From positions 102,047-166,046 of the forward strand of contig JAQTMG010000002.1 of NCBI GenBank assembly GCA_028714455.1: 64,000 bases of DNA, given 5' to 3'. Below the pieces are notes generated by a model, which saw only the letters and a program-made list of their open reading frames with translations, was not told where the DNA came from and did not search any database. Positions 8,663 through 16,270 of this stretch are shown piece by piece. Positions within the stretch are counted from its first letter, which is position 1; the number at the start of each line of letters is the position of its first letter. The stretch is from Patescibacteria group bacterium. Its GTDB lineage: Bacteria; Patescibacteriota; Patescibacteriia; CAIXNZ01. The position numbers and the translations under genes are program-made.

Positions 8663-10195
8663 ATGTTTAAGGAAAATAATTACAAAAAATATCTTTATAT
8701 TCTCTCATTTTTTTGCGGCATGACTATCATGGCCGTGGAAATTTCGGCTTCGCGCCTTTTAGCGCCATATTTTGGCACTTCGACTTTTGTCTGGACCAAC
8801 ATCATCGGCGTGATTATGGTGGCTCTGGCCATTGGCTATTTTGTCGGCGGCAAGTTATCCGACAGGCGTCCAGATTTAAACGTTTTGCTCAAAATAATCC
8901 TGGTTTCCTGTATTTTTTTAATGACCATACCCTTTATTACTAGGCCGTTGGTGGAATTTATAACCGGCAGCATCTCAATCTGGCAATCGGCTACGAGTTT
9001 AATCTTTATCGGTTCTCTTCTGACCGTGGTCATCTTGTTTATTTTTCCGATAATCTTACTTGGTATTGTCAGTCCGTTTATAATCAAGCTGCTTTCTCTG
9101 AAAAATGGCAACGTAGGCAATGACGCTGGACTGGTTTTTTCCATCTCAACCGTTGGCAGTATTGCGGGAACTTTTTTGCCAGTGCTGGTTTTTATTCCCT
9201 ATCTCGGCACCAGGAAAACAATTTTAATTTTTTCCTTGTCTTTGCTGGTAATCGCGATTATTGGTTTGTTTCCCAAAAAAATTTCCTTGATTTTTCTTTT
9301 ACTTTTTATTCCTGTCATTGTTTTAAAAATGCCAGCGATCAAATCCGCCAATGCTGTGGCCGAGGGTGAGTCCGTCTATCAATATTATCAGGTGGCTGAC
9401 CAAAATAATTTTAGATATTTAAAAATCAATGAAGGTATGGGCGTTTTTTCCGTGCTTAACAAAAGTTCAGACAGCGTTTTAACTGATTCTTATTTTGATT
9501 ATTATAATATTTTGCCTTACATTGACGGCCAGAGTAAAAAGCAAGATGTCCTTATTTTGGGTTTAGCCGGCGGCACAGTCAGCACCCAGTTGAATCATTT
9601 TTTTGCCAACGACTTTGATCTGCATATTGACGGCGTGGAAATAGACAAAAAGTTAATTGAAACGGCCAAAAAGTATTTTAATTTGGAGAATCCCTCTCTG
9701 ACCATTTACAATTTAGACGGCCGAAATTTTTTAGATTATTACCAAAATAAATATAACGCAGTGGTGATTGATGTTTATTCCAACCAGCTGTATATTTCTT
9801 TCCACCTGACCACCAAAGAATTTTTTGATTTGGTAAAAAATCATCTGAAGCCTCAAGGTATCGTGGCCATGAATGTCAACGCTACAGGTAAAGATTCGGC
9901 GCTTTTAAAAAACATCACCAATACCATGCTTTTGAGTTTTAAAAATGTTTATACGGTCTGGACCAGTAATTACAGCTGGAACTATTTAGTGATCGCCTCT
10001 GATAGCGATTTAGATTTCAAAGATTTGAAAAATATCAAAGTTGATCCGCAGTTAAGATCAATTATTGATAATACCAGACAAAATGTTGAGAGGGTTGAAT
10101 ACGACAACAAATTTGGTTTCCTGACAGACGATAAAGCGCCAATTGAAAATTTGACTGACTGGATGATAATTGATTATGTATATAAGAATATGTGA
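8663..10195 (+). CDS. fused membrane domain / spermidine synthase-like protein
   Basis: N-terminal multi-TM region plus a C-terminal GLAGGT...DGVEID...VIDVYS aminopropyltransferase-like fold. Confidence 0.8.
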   Translation: MFKENNYKKYLYILSFFCGMTIMAVEISASRLLAPYFGTSTFVWTNIIGVIMVALAIGYFVGGKLSDRRPDLNVLLKIILVSCIFLMTIPFITRPLVEFITGSISIWQSATSLIFIGSLLTVVILFIFPIILLGIVSPFIIKLLSLKNGNVGNDAGLVFSISTVGSIAGTFLPVLVFIPYLGTRKTILIFSLSLLVIAIIGLFPKKISLIFLLLFIPVIVLKMPAIKSANAVAEGESVYQYYQVADQNNFRYLKINEGMGVFSVLNKSSDSVLTDSYFDYYNILPYIDGQSKKQDVLILGLAGGTVSTQLNHFFANDFDLHIDGVEIDKKLIETAKKYFNLENPSLTIYNLDGRNFLDYYQNKYNAVVIDVYSNQLYISFHLTTKEFFDLVKNHLKPQGIVAMNVNATGKDSALLKNITNTMLLSFKNVYTVWTSNYSWNYLVIASDSDLDFKDLKNIKVDPQLRSIIDNTRQNVERVEYDNKFGFLTDDKAPIENLTDWMIIDYVYKNM

Positions 10196-10309
10196 GGAGT
10201 TGAGAGTAAGGAGTGGAGGGCTTAGTGGAGAGTAATTGGATGTTGGTCATTAATTACCCTCAACCAATTACCTAACGCTCAACTCTCCACTCTCCACTAT
10301 TTACCAAAT
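10196..10309 (+). repeat. strand-asymmetric intergenic repeat, copy R2
   Basis: A C-poor arm runs to 10247 and a G-poor arm spans 10248-10309. It contains TTAGTGGAGAGTAATTGG, the reverse complement of an 18-mer in R4. Confidence 0.7.
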
Positions 10310-10365
10310 GGAAGGTTTGCATGGCGGTCTAGTGCGCACGCCTGCCCCGTACCAATATTTATCAA

Positions 10366-10538
10366 GGAAGGATGGCCGAGAGGCTGAAGGCATCCAGCAC
10401 CAACGCGGAGGGATCGCATAGTGGTCTAGTGCGCTTGCTTGGAGAGCAAGTGTGTCGCAAGGCACCGCGAGTTCAAATCTCGCTCCCTCCGCCATGGTGC
10501 TGGATTAATAGCGGGGGATATTAATCTCATTCCTTCCG
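10366..10538 (+). pseudogene. tRNA-Ser-like shell lacking an anticodon loop and a proper T arm
   Basis: The 5' half is GGAAGGA-TG-GCC-GAGAGGCTGAA-GGC-A-TCCAG. The 3' strand TCCTTCC-G pairs with the acceptor. The anticodon stem is extended to a 10-bp helix capped by the inner tRNA. Confidence 0.5.
10407..10494 (+). tRNA. tRNA-Ser(GGA), complete, innermost unit
   Basis: GGAGGGA/TCCCTCC acceptor, loop TTGGAGA, long variable arm, GCGAG-TTCAAAT-CTCGC T arm, G73 and CCA. Confidence 0.85.
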
Positions 10539-10630
10539 CACATTTTTAAAATATTGGTACGGGGCTTGGAAAGCGTGTTGGGCGCAAGCCCTCGTGGGTT
10601 CAAATCCCACACCTTCCGCCATTAATTTAC

Positions 10631-10658
10631 TTGACAAATATTATTTTTGTGCTATAAT
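10631..10658 (+). promoter_or_regulatory. promoter upstream of typA
   Basis: TTGACA, 16 nt, then TGC-TATAAT. Confidence 0.6.
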
Positions 10659-10681
10659 TATTAAAGAATTTATCCTAAATT

Positions 10682-10705
10682 CTGCTGAACGTCAGCGGAT
10701 TTTTT
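10682..10705 (+). terminator. terminator-like hairpin inside the typA leader
   Basis: 7-bp stem CTGCTGA/TCAGCGG followed by ATTTTTT. It lies between the promoter and the ATG at 10760. Confidence 0.45.
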
Positions 10706-10759
10706 ATTTATGTTCCGCTAAGTTCTATATTCTCTATTCTGTATTCTAAATTCTAAGCT

Positions 10760-12562
10760 ATGAGCATAAGAAACGTCGCCATTATCGCACACGTTGACCA
10801 CGGCAAAACCACGCTCGTGGATGCTTTGCTGCGCCAATCAAAAACATATTTAGGCAAGGAAATGAATGAAAAGGATTTGATCATGGACAGCAATGATTTG
10901 GAAAGAGAGCGCGGCATCACCATTTTTTCTAAAAATGCTTCAGTGATCTGGAATGGCATAAAAATAAATATCATTGACACGCCTGGCCACGCCGATTTCG
11001 GCGGGGAAGTGGAGCGCGTTTTAAACATGGCTGACGGCGTGCTGCTTTTGGTTGACGCCAAAGAGGGACCAATGCCGCAGACGCGTTTTGTTTTAAAAAA
11101 AGCTCTAGAAATGGGTCACAGAGTGATTGTAGTTATCAATAAAATTGATAAGCCAGATGCTCGTCCTGATTATGTTCTAGACAAAACCTTTGATTTGTTC
11201 GTGGAACTGGGCGCTGATGATCAGGCTTTAAATTTTCCAGTTATTTATGCCGCGGCCAAACAAGGTAAGGCGGGACTAGAATCAGATTTAAGCAAAATGC
11301 AGGACATCACGCCGATTTTTGACGCCATCATCAATCATATTCCGGCTCCGATTTCTAATACTGAAAAACCGTTACAAATGTTAGTCACGACCGTGACCGC
11401 TGATAATTTCCGCGGCAGAATTGCCATTGGCAGAATTTATAATGGCAAAATTAAAGCCGGACAAGACGTGATGCACATAAATCGTGAAGGCCAAATGACA
11501 AAATTTCGTTTGGTTTCCTTGATGACTTTTGTGGGCTTGGGCCGTATTGATATTCAGGAAGCAGTAGCCGGCGATATCGTGGCTATTTCTGGCATACCCG
11601 AAGTAAATATCGGCGAAACAATTGCTGACGCTGAAAATCCCAACGCCTTGCCGCTTTTAAATATAGAAGAGCCGACAGTGAAAATGACTTTTATGATTAA
11701 TGATTCTCCTTTTGCCGGCAAAGAGGGCGAGTTTTCAACTTCACGCCAAATTCAGGAGCGCTTGCATAGAGAATTGGAAACTGACATGGCTTTGCGCGTG
11801 GAAAATAACGCCGCTGGCACCTGGACCGTTTCAGGACGCGGTGAATTGCACCTGGCGATTTTAATTGAAAGAATGAGACGTGAAGGTTATGAATTTCAAG
11901 TTTCCAGACCGCAAGTTATTAATAAAGAAAAAGATGGAAAAACCTTAACTCCATTTGAAAGAGTCTTTATTGAAGTGCCTGAACAATATTATGGTTCATG
12001 CATTCAAAAACTTGGCAGTAGAAAAGGTGAGTTAAAAGAAATGAGAACGCTTGATGGCATTACTTATTTAGAATTTGTAATCCCTACTCGTGGTCTTTTT
12101 GGCTATCGCAGTGAATTTTTAACAGACAGCCGCGGTCTTGGTATAATTAATACATCTTTTTATCAATACGATCTTGACCCCAATAACTGGGGTGAAAAAG
12201 AACAGGGCTCGTTAGTTGCTCATGAAACAGGCACCTCGCATTTGTATGGTTTGGTTAATGTGCAGGGCAGGGGAGTTTTATTCATTGGACCAGGCGTTTC
12301 TGTTTATGAAGGCCAAGTTGTCGGTCTAAATTCTCGACCAGGCGATATTCGTGTTAATGTCTGTAAGGAAAAACAACTCTCAAATATGCGCTCCAAGGGT
12401 GACGGCGGCGCTGAACACTTTAATAAACCAAAGGAAATGGATCTGGAAGATGCTTTGGAATTCATCGGCGACGATGAACTTGTTGAAGTTACGCCAAAAA
12501 ATGTCAGAATCAGAAAGGTTTATCTTGATGAAGTGTCTGCCAAGAGAATGGCCAGAAAATAA
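10760..12562 (+). CDS. typA: translational GTPase TypA/BipA
   Basis: [18 protein letters not shown] and the full-length BipA architecture. Confidence 0.95.
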   Translation: MSIRNVAIIAHVDHGKTTLVDALLRQSKTYLGKEMNEKDLIMDSNDLERERGITIFSKNASVIWNGIKINIIDTPGHADFGGEVERVLNMADGVLLLVDAKEGPMPQTRFVLKKALEMGHRVIVVINKIDKPDARPDYVLDKTFDLFVELGADDQALNFPVIYAAAKQGKAGLESDLSKMQDITPIFDAIINHIPAPISNTEKPLQMLVTTVTADNFRGRIAIGRIYNGKIKAGQDVMHINREGQMTKFRLVSLMTFVGLGRIDIQEAVAGDIVAISGIPEVNIGETIADAENPNALPLLNIEEPTVKMTFMINDSPFAGKEGEFSTSRQIQERLHRELETDMALRVENNAAGTWTVSGRGELHLAILIERMRREGYEFQVSRPQVINKEKDGKTLTPFERVFIEVPEQYYGSCIQKLGSRKGELKEMRTLDGITYLEFVIPTRGLFGYRSEFLTDSRGLGIINTSFYQYDLDPNNWGEKEQGSLVAHETGTSHLYGLVNVQGRGVLFIGPGVSVYEGQVVGLNSRPGDIRVNVCKEKQLSNMRSKGDGGAEHFNKPKEMDLEDALEFIGDDELVEVTPKNVRIRKVYLDEVSAKRMARK

Positions 12563-12597
12563 AAAAGCCCTCCGTAGAGCGGAGAGCTTTAATGAGA

Positions 12598-12891
12598 TTA
12601 TTCGCCGTAGGAACAGGTGTAGGCCGCAAATCGAGTCGCTTCGAAAACGATTTCTTTTCCGGCCGGGATGATGAAGGTTGAAATGGCTTTACATTCTTGG
12701 CCATTTATCTTGATGCACCCGTAGACAACAACGATTCTTTCTTGCCTTTTGGCGATGCCAAATTCGTATCTTCCGGGAGAAACTACGCCGACCGTGTGGT
12801 CGCCGGATTCGCTCGTAAAACCGAGTGATTGAACCCTTCCCTTGAAATACACATTGTGCTTGATCCCTGGATCGGTTTTCTTCCTCGCCAT
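12598..12891 (-). CDS. ppnP: pyrimidine/purine nucleoside phosphorylase PpnP (DUF1255)
   Basis: NVYFKGRVQSLGF...GRYEFG resembles E. coli PpnP/YaiE. AAAGGAGG lies upstream. Confidence 0.75.
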   Translation of the reverse strand: MARKKTDPGIKHNVYFKGRVQSLGFTSESGDHTVGVVSPGRYEFGIAKRQERIVVVYGCIKINGQECKAISTFIIPAGKEIVFEATRFAAYTCSYGE

Positions 12892-12980
12892 TTAATATCA
12901 CCTCCTTTATTTTTTTAAACCTTAGCATATAATAATTCACAAATCAAATCATCCAATTCCTAATTACTAATCACCGGCCT

Positions 12981-13070
12981 GGAGAGGTACCAAAGTGGTC
13001 GAATGGGCCGCACTCGAAATGCGGTAGATCAGCAATGGTCTCGCGAGTTCGAATCTCGCCCTCTCCGCCA
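12981..13070 (+). tRNA. tRNA-Ser(CGA)
   Basis: GGAGAGG/CCTCTCC acceptor, loop CTCGAAA, long variable arm, GCGAG-TTCGAAT-CTCGC T arm, G73 and CCA. Confidence 0.9.
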
Positions 13071-13277
13071 AGTTTTACATTCAGCGAAATTGAAAGATGT
13101 TGTCTTGGCGCAAAGCGCCTCGGCATGATATTTTTCCGCTGCCGTCGAATTTCGTATTTCGATTTTCGAAATGCGCCGCCGAGAACCATTATTTACCTTT
13201 TTTGATTTTTGGTGTAGCATTATAGTAGTTGAAAAGGAATATTACTTATATTTTAATTCTACTACCACGATATTGGT

Positions 13278-13475
13278 ATGTCAAACATTACAAAAACACT
13301 TAGAAAACTTAGGGAAGCCAAGGGGTTATCCCAAGAAAAATTGGCGAGATTGGCTGATGTCGCCAATAATACCATTATTAAAATTGAAGCTGGTAAAAAC
13401 CAGAATCCAACGCTTGATACTCTCAAGAAAATTGCGAAAGCTCTTGGGGTTAGCGTTGATGAGTTGATAAGGTAA
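13278..13475 (+). CDS. XRE-family HTH transcriptional regulator
   Basis: LREAKGLSQEKLARLADVANNTIIKIEAGK is a typical Cro/CI HTH. Confidence 0.85.
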   Translation: MSNITKTLRKLREAKGLSQEKLARLADVANNTIIKIEAGKNQNPTLDTLKKIAKALGVSVDELIR

Positions 13476-13479
13476 ATTT

Positions 13480-14379
13480 ATGAAACATAAATCGCTTATC
13501 GCATATCTTGTAATTATCACACTTTTAAGTGCAGTATTTATTGTATTAATGAAATTGTTAGGCCAAAAAGGAAATTATCTCGCTGCTTTTTATATGCTGG
13601 GGCCAGCGATTGCTGCTATTATTACCAGATTATTTTTCTACGATAAAAAGTTTAAGGATGCAAATTTGAGGTTTGGAAAAGTTAAAAATTATTTTAAATT
13701 TTGGGCGATTGCCTTGAGTATAACCGTTTTATCTCTCGTCATTTATACCCTATTAGGTTCAATAAGTTGGGATTTTTCCGGGCAGGTGTTTTTGGGTCAA
13801 TTGGCTAAACAATTTGCACTTACCGGCCAAAATATCAATAACCTTCCCGCTGGTCTTACGCCGCAATTGATGCTGATTATCTATTTTATCGGCGGGTTGA
13901 CCATTTTTAATATTTTGCCCGGGGTTATCACTGGTTTTGGTGAAGAGTTCGGCTGGAGAGGATTTATGTTTCCGCAAATGTACAAAATCAAGCCCTGGGT
14001 GGCTTTTATTGTTGGCGGCTTGATATGGTACGCTTGGCATATCCCACTGGTTCTTGTAATTGCTCAAACACAAACATTTACGATTGCTCAAACAATTCTG
14101 AATGTAGCGGTTCTCGCCATTGGTTCAATCTGCACCCACACTTTTTTGGCGTATGTGTATGTAAAGTCAAAAAATGTCTTTGTGGCTTCTGTGACCCACA
14201 TTACATTGGATAATGTCGCAAGATCGTTTGCCTATTTCATTATTATCCAAAATCAGATAACGGCAAATATCGGGCTGGCAATTACAATGTTAATTGTCGT
14301 GGCAGTTCTGTATTTTTCCAAAGAATGGAAAGTTTTTGAAAATTATTTTAATAAAAGGGAGATTGAAAATTATGAATAA
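13480..14379 (+). CDS. CPBP (CAAX/Abi) family intramembrane metalloprotease
   Basis: Multi-TM protein with motifs EEFGWRGF, WYAWH and HITLDN. Confidence 0.8.
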   Translation: MKHKSLIAYLVIITLLSAVFIVLMKLLGQKGNYLAAFYMLGPAIAAIITRLFFYDKKFKDANLRFGKVKNYFKFWAIALSITVLSLVIYTLLGSISWDFSGQVFLGQLAKQFALTGQNINNLPAGLTPQLMLIIYFIGGLTIFNILPGVITGFGEEFGWRGFMFPQMYKIKPWVAFIVGGLIWYAWHIPLVLVIAQTQTFTIAQTILNVAVLAIGSICTHTFLAYVYVKSKNVFVASVTHITLDNVARSFAYFIIIQNQITANIGLAITMLIVVAVLYFSKEWKVFENYFNKREIENYE

Positions 14380-14614
14380 ATTTTGGTTTCGAACAAGAAA
14401 AGGTATCAAAAGCAAAGATTTAGGTTGGGGTTTTATTCCTGTAAGTTGGGAAGGGATTGTGGCTTATTCTGTTCTACTCGTGTTGGTTATTTTATTTGGA
14501 GCATATTTTGACATTTTACATGCAAACACAGCGCAGGGTTTTTATTTTCTTTTTTCGATAGTTATATTATTTTTTGCCTTTAGTGTTTTGGCTAAAGTCA
14601 AAACGCAAAGATAA
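14372..14614 (+). CDS. small membrane protein
   Basis: 80 aa with ATGAATAA start/stop overlap with the CPBP gene and two predicted TM helices. Confidence 0.5.
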   Translation: MNKFWFRTRKGIKSKDLGWGFIPVSWEGIVAYSVLLVLVILFGAYFDILHANTAQGFYFLFSIVILFFAFSVLAKVKTQR

Positions 14615-14642
14615 AATAGAGTAGGATCCGACAAAGAAAAAA

Positions 14643-14670
14643 GCCGATATTCTTACGAATACCGGCTTTT
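14643..14670. terminator. bidirectional terminator
   Basis: GCCGATATTC/GAATACCGGC stem with an A run before and a T run after. Confidence 0.6.
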
Positions 14671-14675
14671 GATTT

Positions 14676-15173
14676 TTACTGCGGAAAAATTTGGGCAGAG
14701 CTTGGGTTTTGTAAATCGCCAATAATCACCACGCGATTCTCGCCGTTTTGTGAGAATCTCTGAATCATTTGCTCCATGGGTGACTGCACCCTTAAAACCT
14801 GGCCAGGCGGCATCCAAAATCCCATCCGATCGGCTCCTGTGTCCGCGCACCTTACACGCAGACAACCAACAACCTGCAAGGGTTTTTTATTAAAAACAAC
14901 CGCGTAGTCAGGGACCCTGAAATTTTCACCCGCCGCGTATAAGGTTACGGGTTCTCCTGGAAAAATTGGCTTGCCGCACCAGGCGCACCTTATTGTCATG
15001 GCGCTAAAACACTTATGGCAATAAGGAAGTTGGCCATTTTGCGGAATCATTTTGATAATATGTTTTTCGCCCTGGGCGGCGCAGATATCCCAAATTTTGG
15101 TCTCATGACCGCATTGGGCCATGATTTTTCCGCAAAAAAGATTCAAAAAGAACATTCTGGCTTTTAAAAGCAT
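14676..15173 (-). CDS. hypothetical Cys-rich protein (SD-bearing orphan)
   Basis: The start at 15173 is chosen because GGAGGG lies 4 nt upstream. Several CxxC-like pairs are present (CHKC, CAWCG). Confidence 0.55.
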   Translation of the reverse strand: MLLKARMFFLNLFCGKIMAQCGHETKIWDICAAQGEKHIIKMIPQNGQLPYCHKCFSAMTIRCAWCGKPIFPGEPVTLYAAGENFRVPDYAVVFNKKPLQVVGCLRVRCADTGADRMGFWMPPGQVLRVQSPMEQMIQRFSQNGENRVVIIGDLQNPSSAQIFPQ

Positions 15174-15298
15174 TTTGCCCTCCTTTTTCCTATTTGTATC
15201 ATTCAAATCCAGGATAGTCAAATAGCATTTGAGTTGATTTTCAAAATTTAAATAATTGTTATATAATAAAACCAGTGCTAAAGATTAAATTTAAACCC

Positions 15299-15754
15299 AT
15301 GCAACTAAAAAAAGTGGCGATTATTTGCGGTCTGGCGGCCCTTGTCTTGGCTCTTAGCGGCTGTCTGCCTCAATTTTTCATGCCTTCGGCCAAGAATCAA
15401 AACCTCAATTTCGGCTTTAATCTCAACGAGGATTTGAATGAGAACACAAATGAGAACGCGAATGTGAACGAGCCAGCCGGCGACGGCGACACTCATGTTA
15501 CGAATCCAAACATGACCAGGGAGCGCTGTATTGAATTAATGGCTTATTCTCTCTACGGAGTAACTCTGATGCAACAAGGCAACACCGCGAAATTCATGCT
15601 AATTTCTCAAAAAGTCGCGAATCTGGAAAAGCAGTATAATGTTAACACAGATGATTATGACGAAGTATGCAATAATTTCCTCAACGAAGAACAGTTTATG
15701 ATAGACGTGGAAAAACGCATGCAGCAACTTGGCGCTGACATAACTACCGAATAA
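15299..15754 (+). CDS. lipoprotein, hypothetical
   Basis: Signal peptide with an LSGC lipobox and an N-rich linker. Confidence 0.6.
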   Translation: MQLKKVAIICGLAALVLALSGCLPQFFMPSAKNQNLNFGFNLNEDLNENTNENANVNEPAGDGDTHVTNPNMTRERCIELMAYSLYGVTLMQQGNTAKFMLISQKVANLEKQYNVNTDDYDEVCNNFLNEEQFMIDVEKRMQQLGADITTE

Positions 15755-15780
15755 TCTTGAATCAAATAGTTTGCAAAAAA

Positions 15781-15804
15781 GCCGTTGATTACTCAACGGC
15801 TTTT
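15781..15804 (+). terminator. intrinsic terminator
   Basis: GCCGTTGA-TTAC-TCAACGGC followed by TTTT. Confidence 0.8.
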
Positions 15805-15829
15805 GACTTTTTGCCTCATGTGTTATAAT
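15803..15829 (+). promoter_or_regulatory. promoter with extended -10
   Basis: TTGACT, a 15-nt spacer ending in TGT, then TATAAT. Confidence 0.55.
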
Positions 15830-15835
15830 AATTTT

Positions 15836-16208
15836 ATGGATAGGGGGACATGGCTAACCCAAGCCAGGAGGTGCTCTCATGAAAAAGTTTGTCGGAACCA
15901 TGTCTCGGTTGTCGGGTCTGTAACATGCGGAAGGCAAAGTAACAGGCCTGCGATCAAGGGCGTGTCCGCTAAACCAAGGCGAAAGAGGAGCCTGTTTTTC
16001 TTTCGCCACGCGGACACGCCCACGACAATAATCCCCGTCGGAAAGGGGATAAAAGGATATTAAAAAATCAAAGGAGGAGCTTGCATGGAAAAACTTTTTT
16101 CCAGGCTCGTGGTCGATCTGTAGACTCCTGATACGGAGGAAGCAGATCATCTTAATATTCACGGTCCAAAAAGGACCCCAAACCCCCGAACATAGGTTCG
16201 GGGTTTTT
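15836..16208 (+). ncRNA. promoter-to-terminator unit with structured RNA and two SD-led micro-ORFs
   Basis: A 64-nt nested hairpin at 15958-16021 has 12-bp and 8-bp stems. Micro-ORFs lie at 15879-15923 (14 aa) and 16085-16123 (12 aa). The terminator is at 16183-16208. Confidence 0.4.
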
Positions 16209-16270
16209 ATTTGTATATTTTTTAAAAGTCGAAGTATCGTGGTATAATACTTGTAAATAACCGCTTAACT

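Larger units (their letters stand above)
10310..10621 (+). tRNA. tRNA-Ser(GGA) interrupted in the anticodon loop by a 224-nt insert
   Basis: Joining 10310-10343 to 10568-10621 gives an 88-nt class II tRNA. All stems are perfect, the anticodon loop is CTGGAAA, the discriminator is G and CCA is encoded. Confidence 0.7.

Noticed and set aside
10301-10495. 64-aa minus-strand ORF from the ORF track (MAEGARFELA...)
   Set aside because: It lies entirely over the nested tRNA genes. The GARFELA-type peptide is the usual translation artefact of a tRNA T arm, and there is no SD or promoter.
10344-10567. The tRNA-Ser insert as a group I intron or an archaeal-type bulge-helix-bulge intron
   Set aside because: The insert consists of tRNA-like folds rather than a group I core. 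I could not place a U.G P1 pair plus a terminal G consistently. The exon-insert junction forms a 2-nt/7-nt internal loop, not a 3-4-3 bulge-helix-bulge. A formal covariance-model search is still needed.
12971-13220. ORF-track minus-strand ORFs of 72 and 63 aa
   Set aside because: They overlap tRNA-Ser(CGA) and its flank, and have no translation signals.
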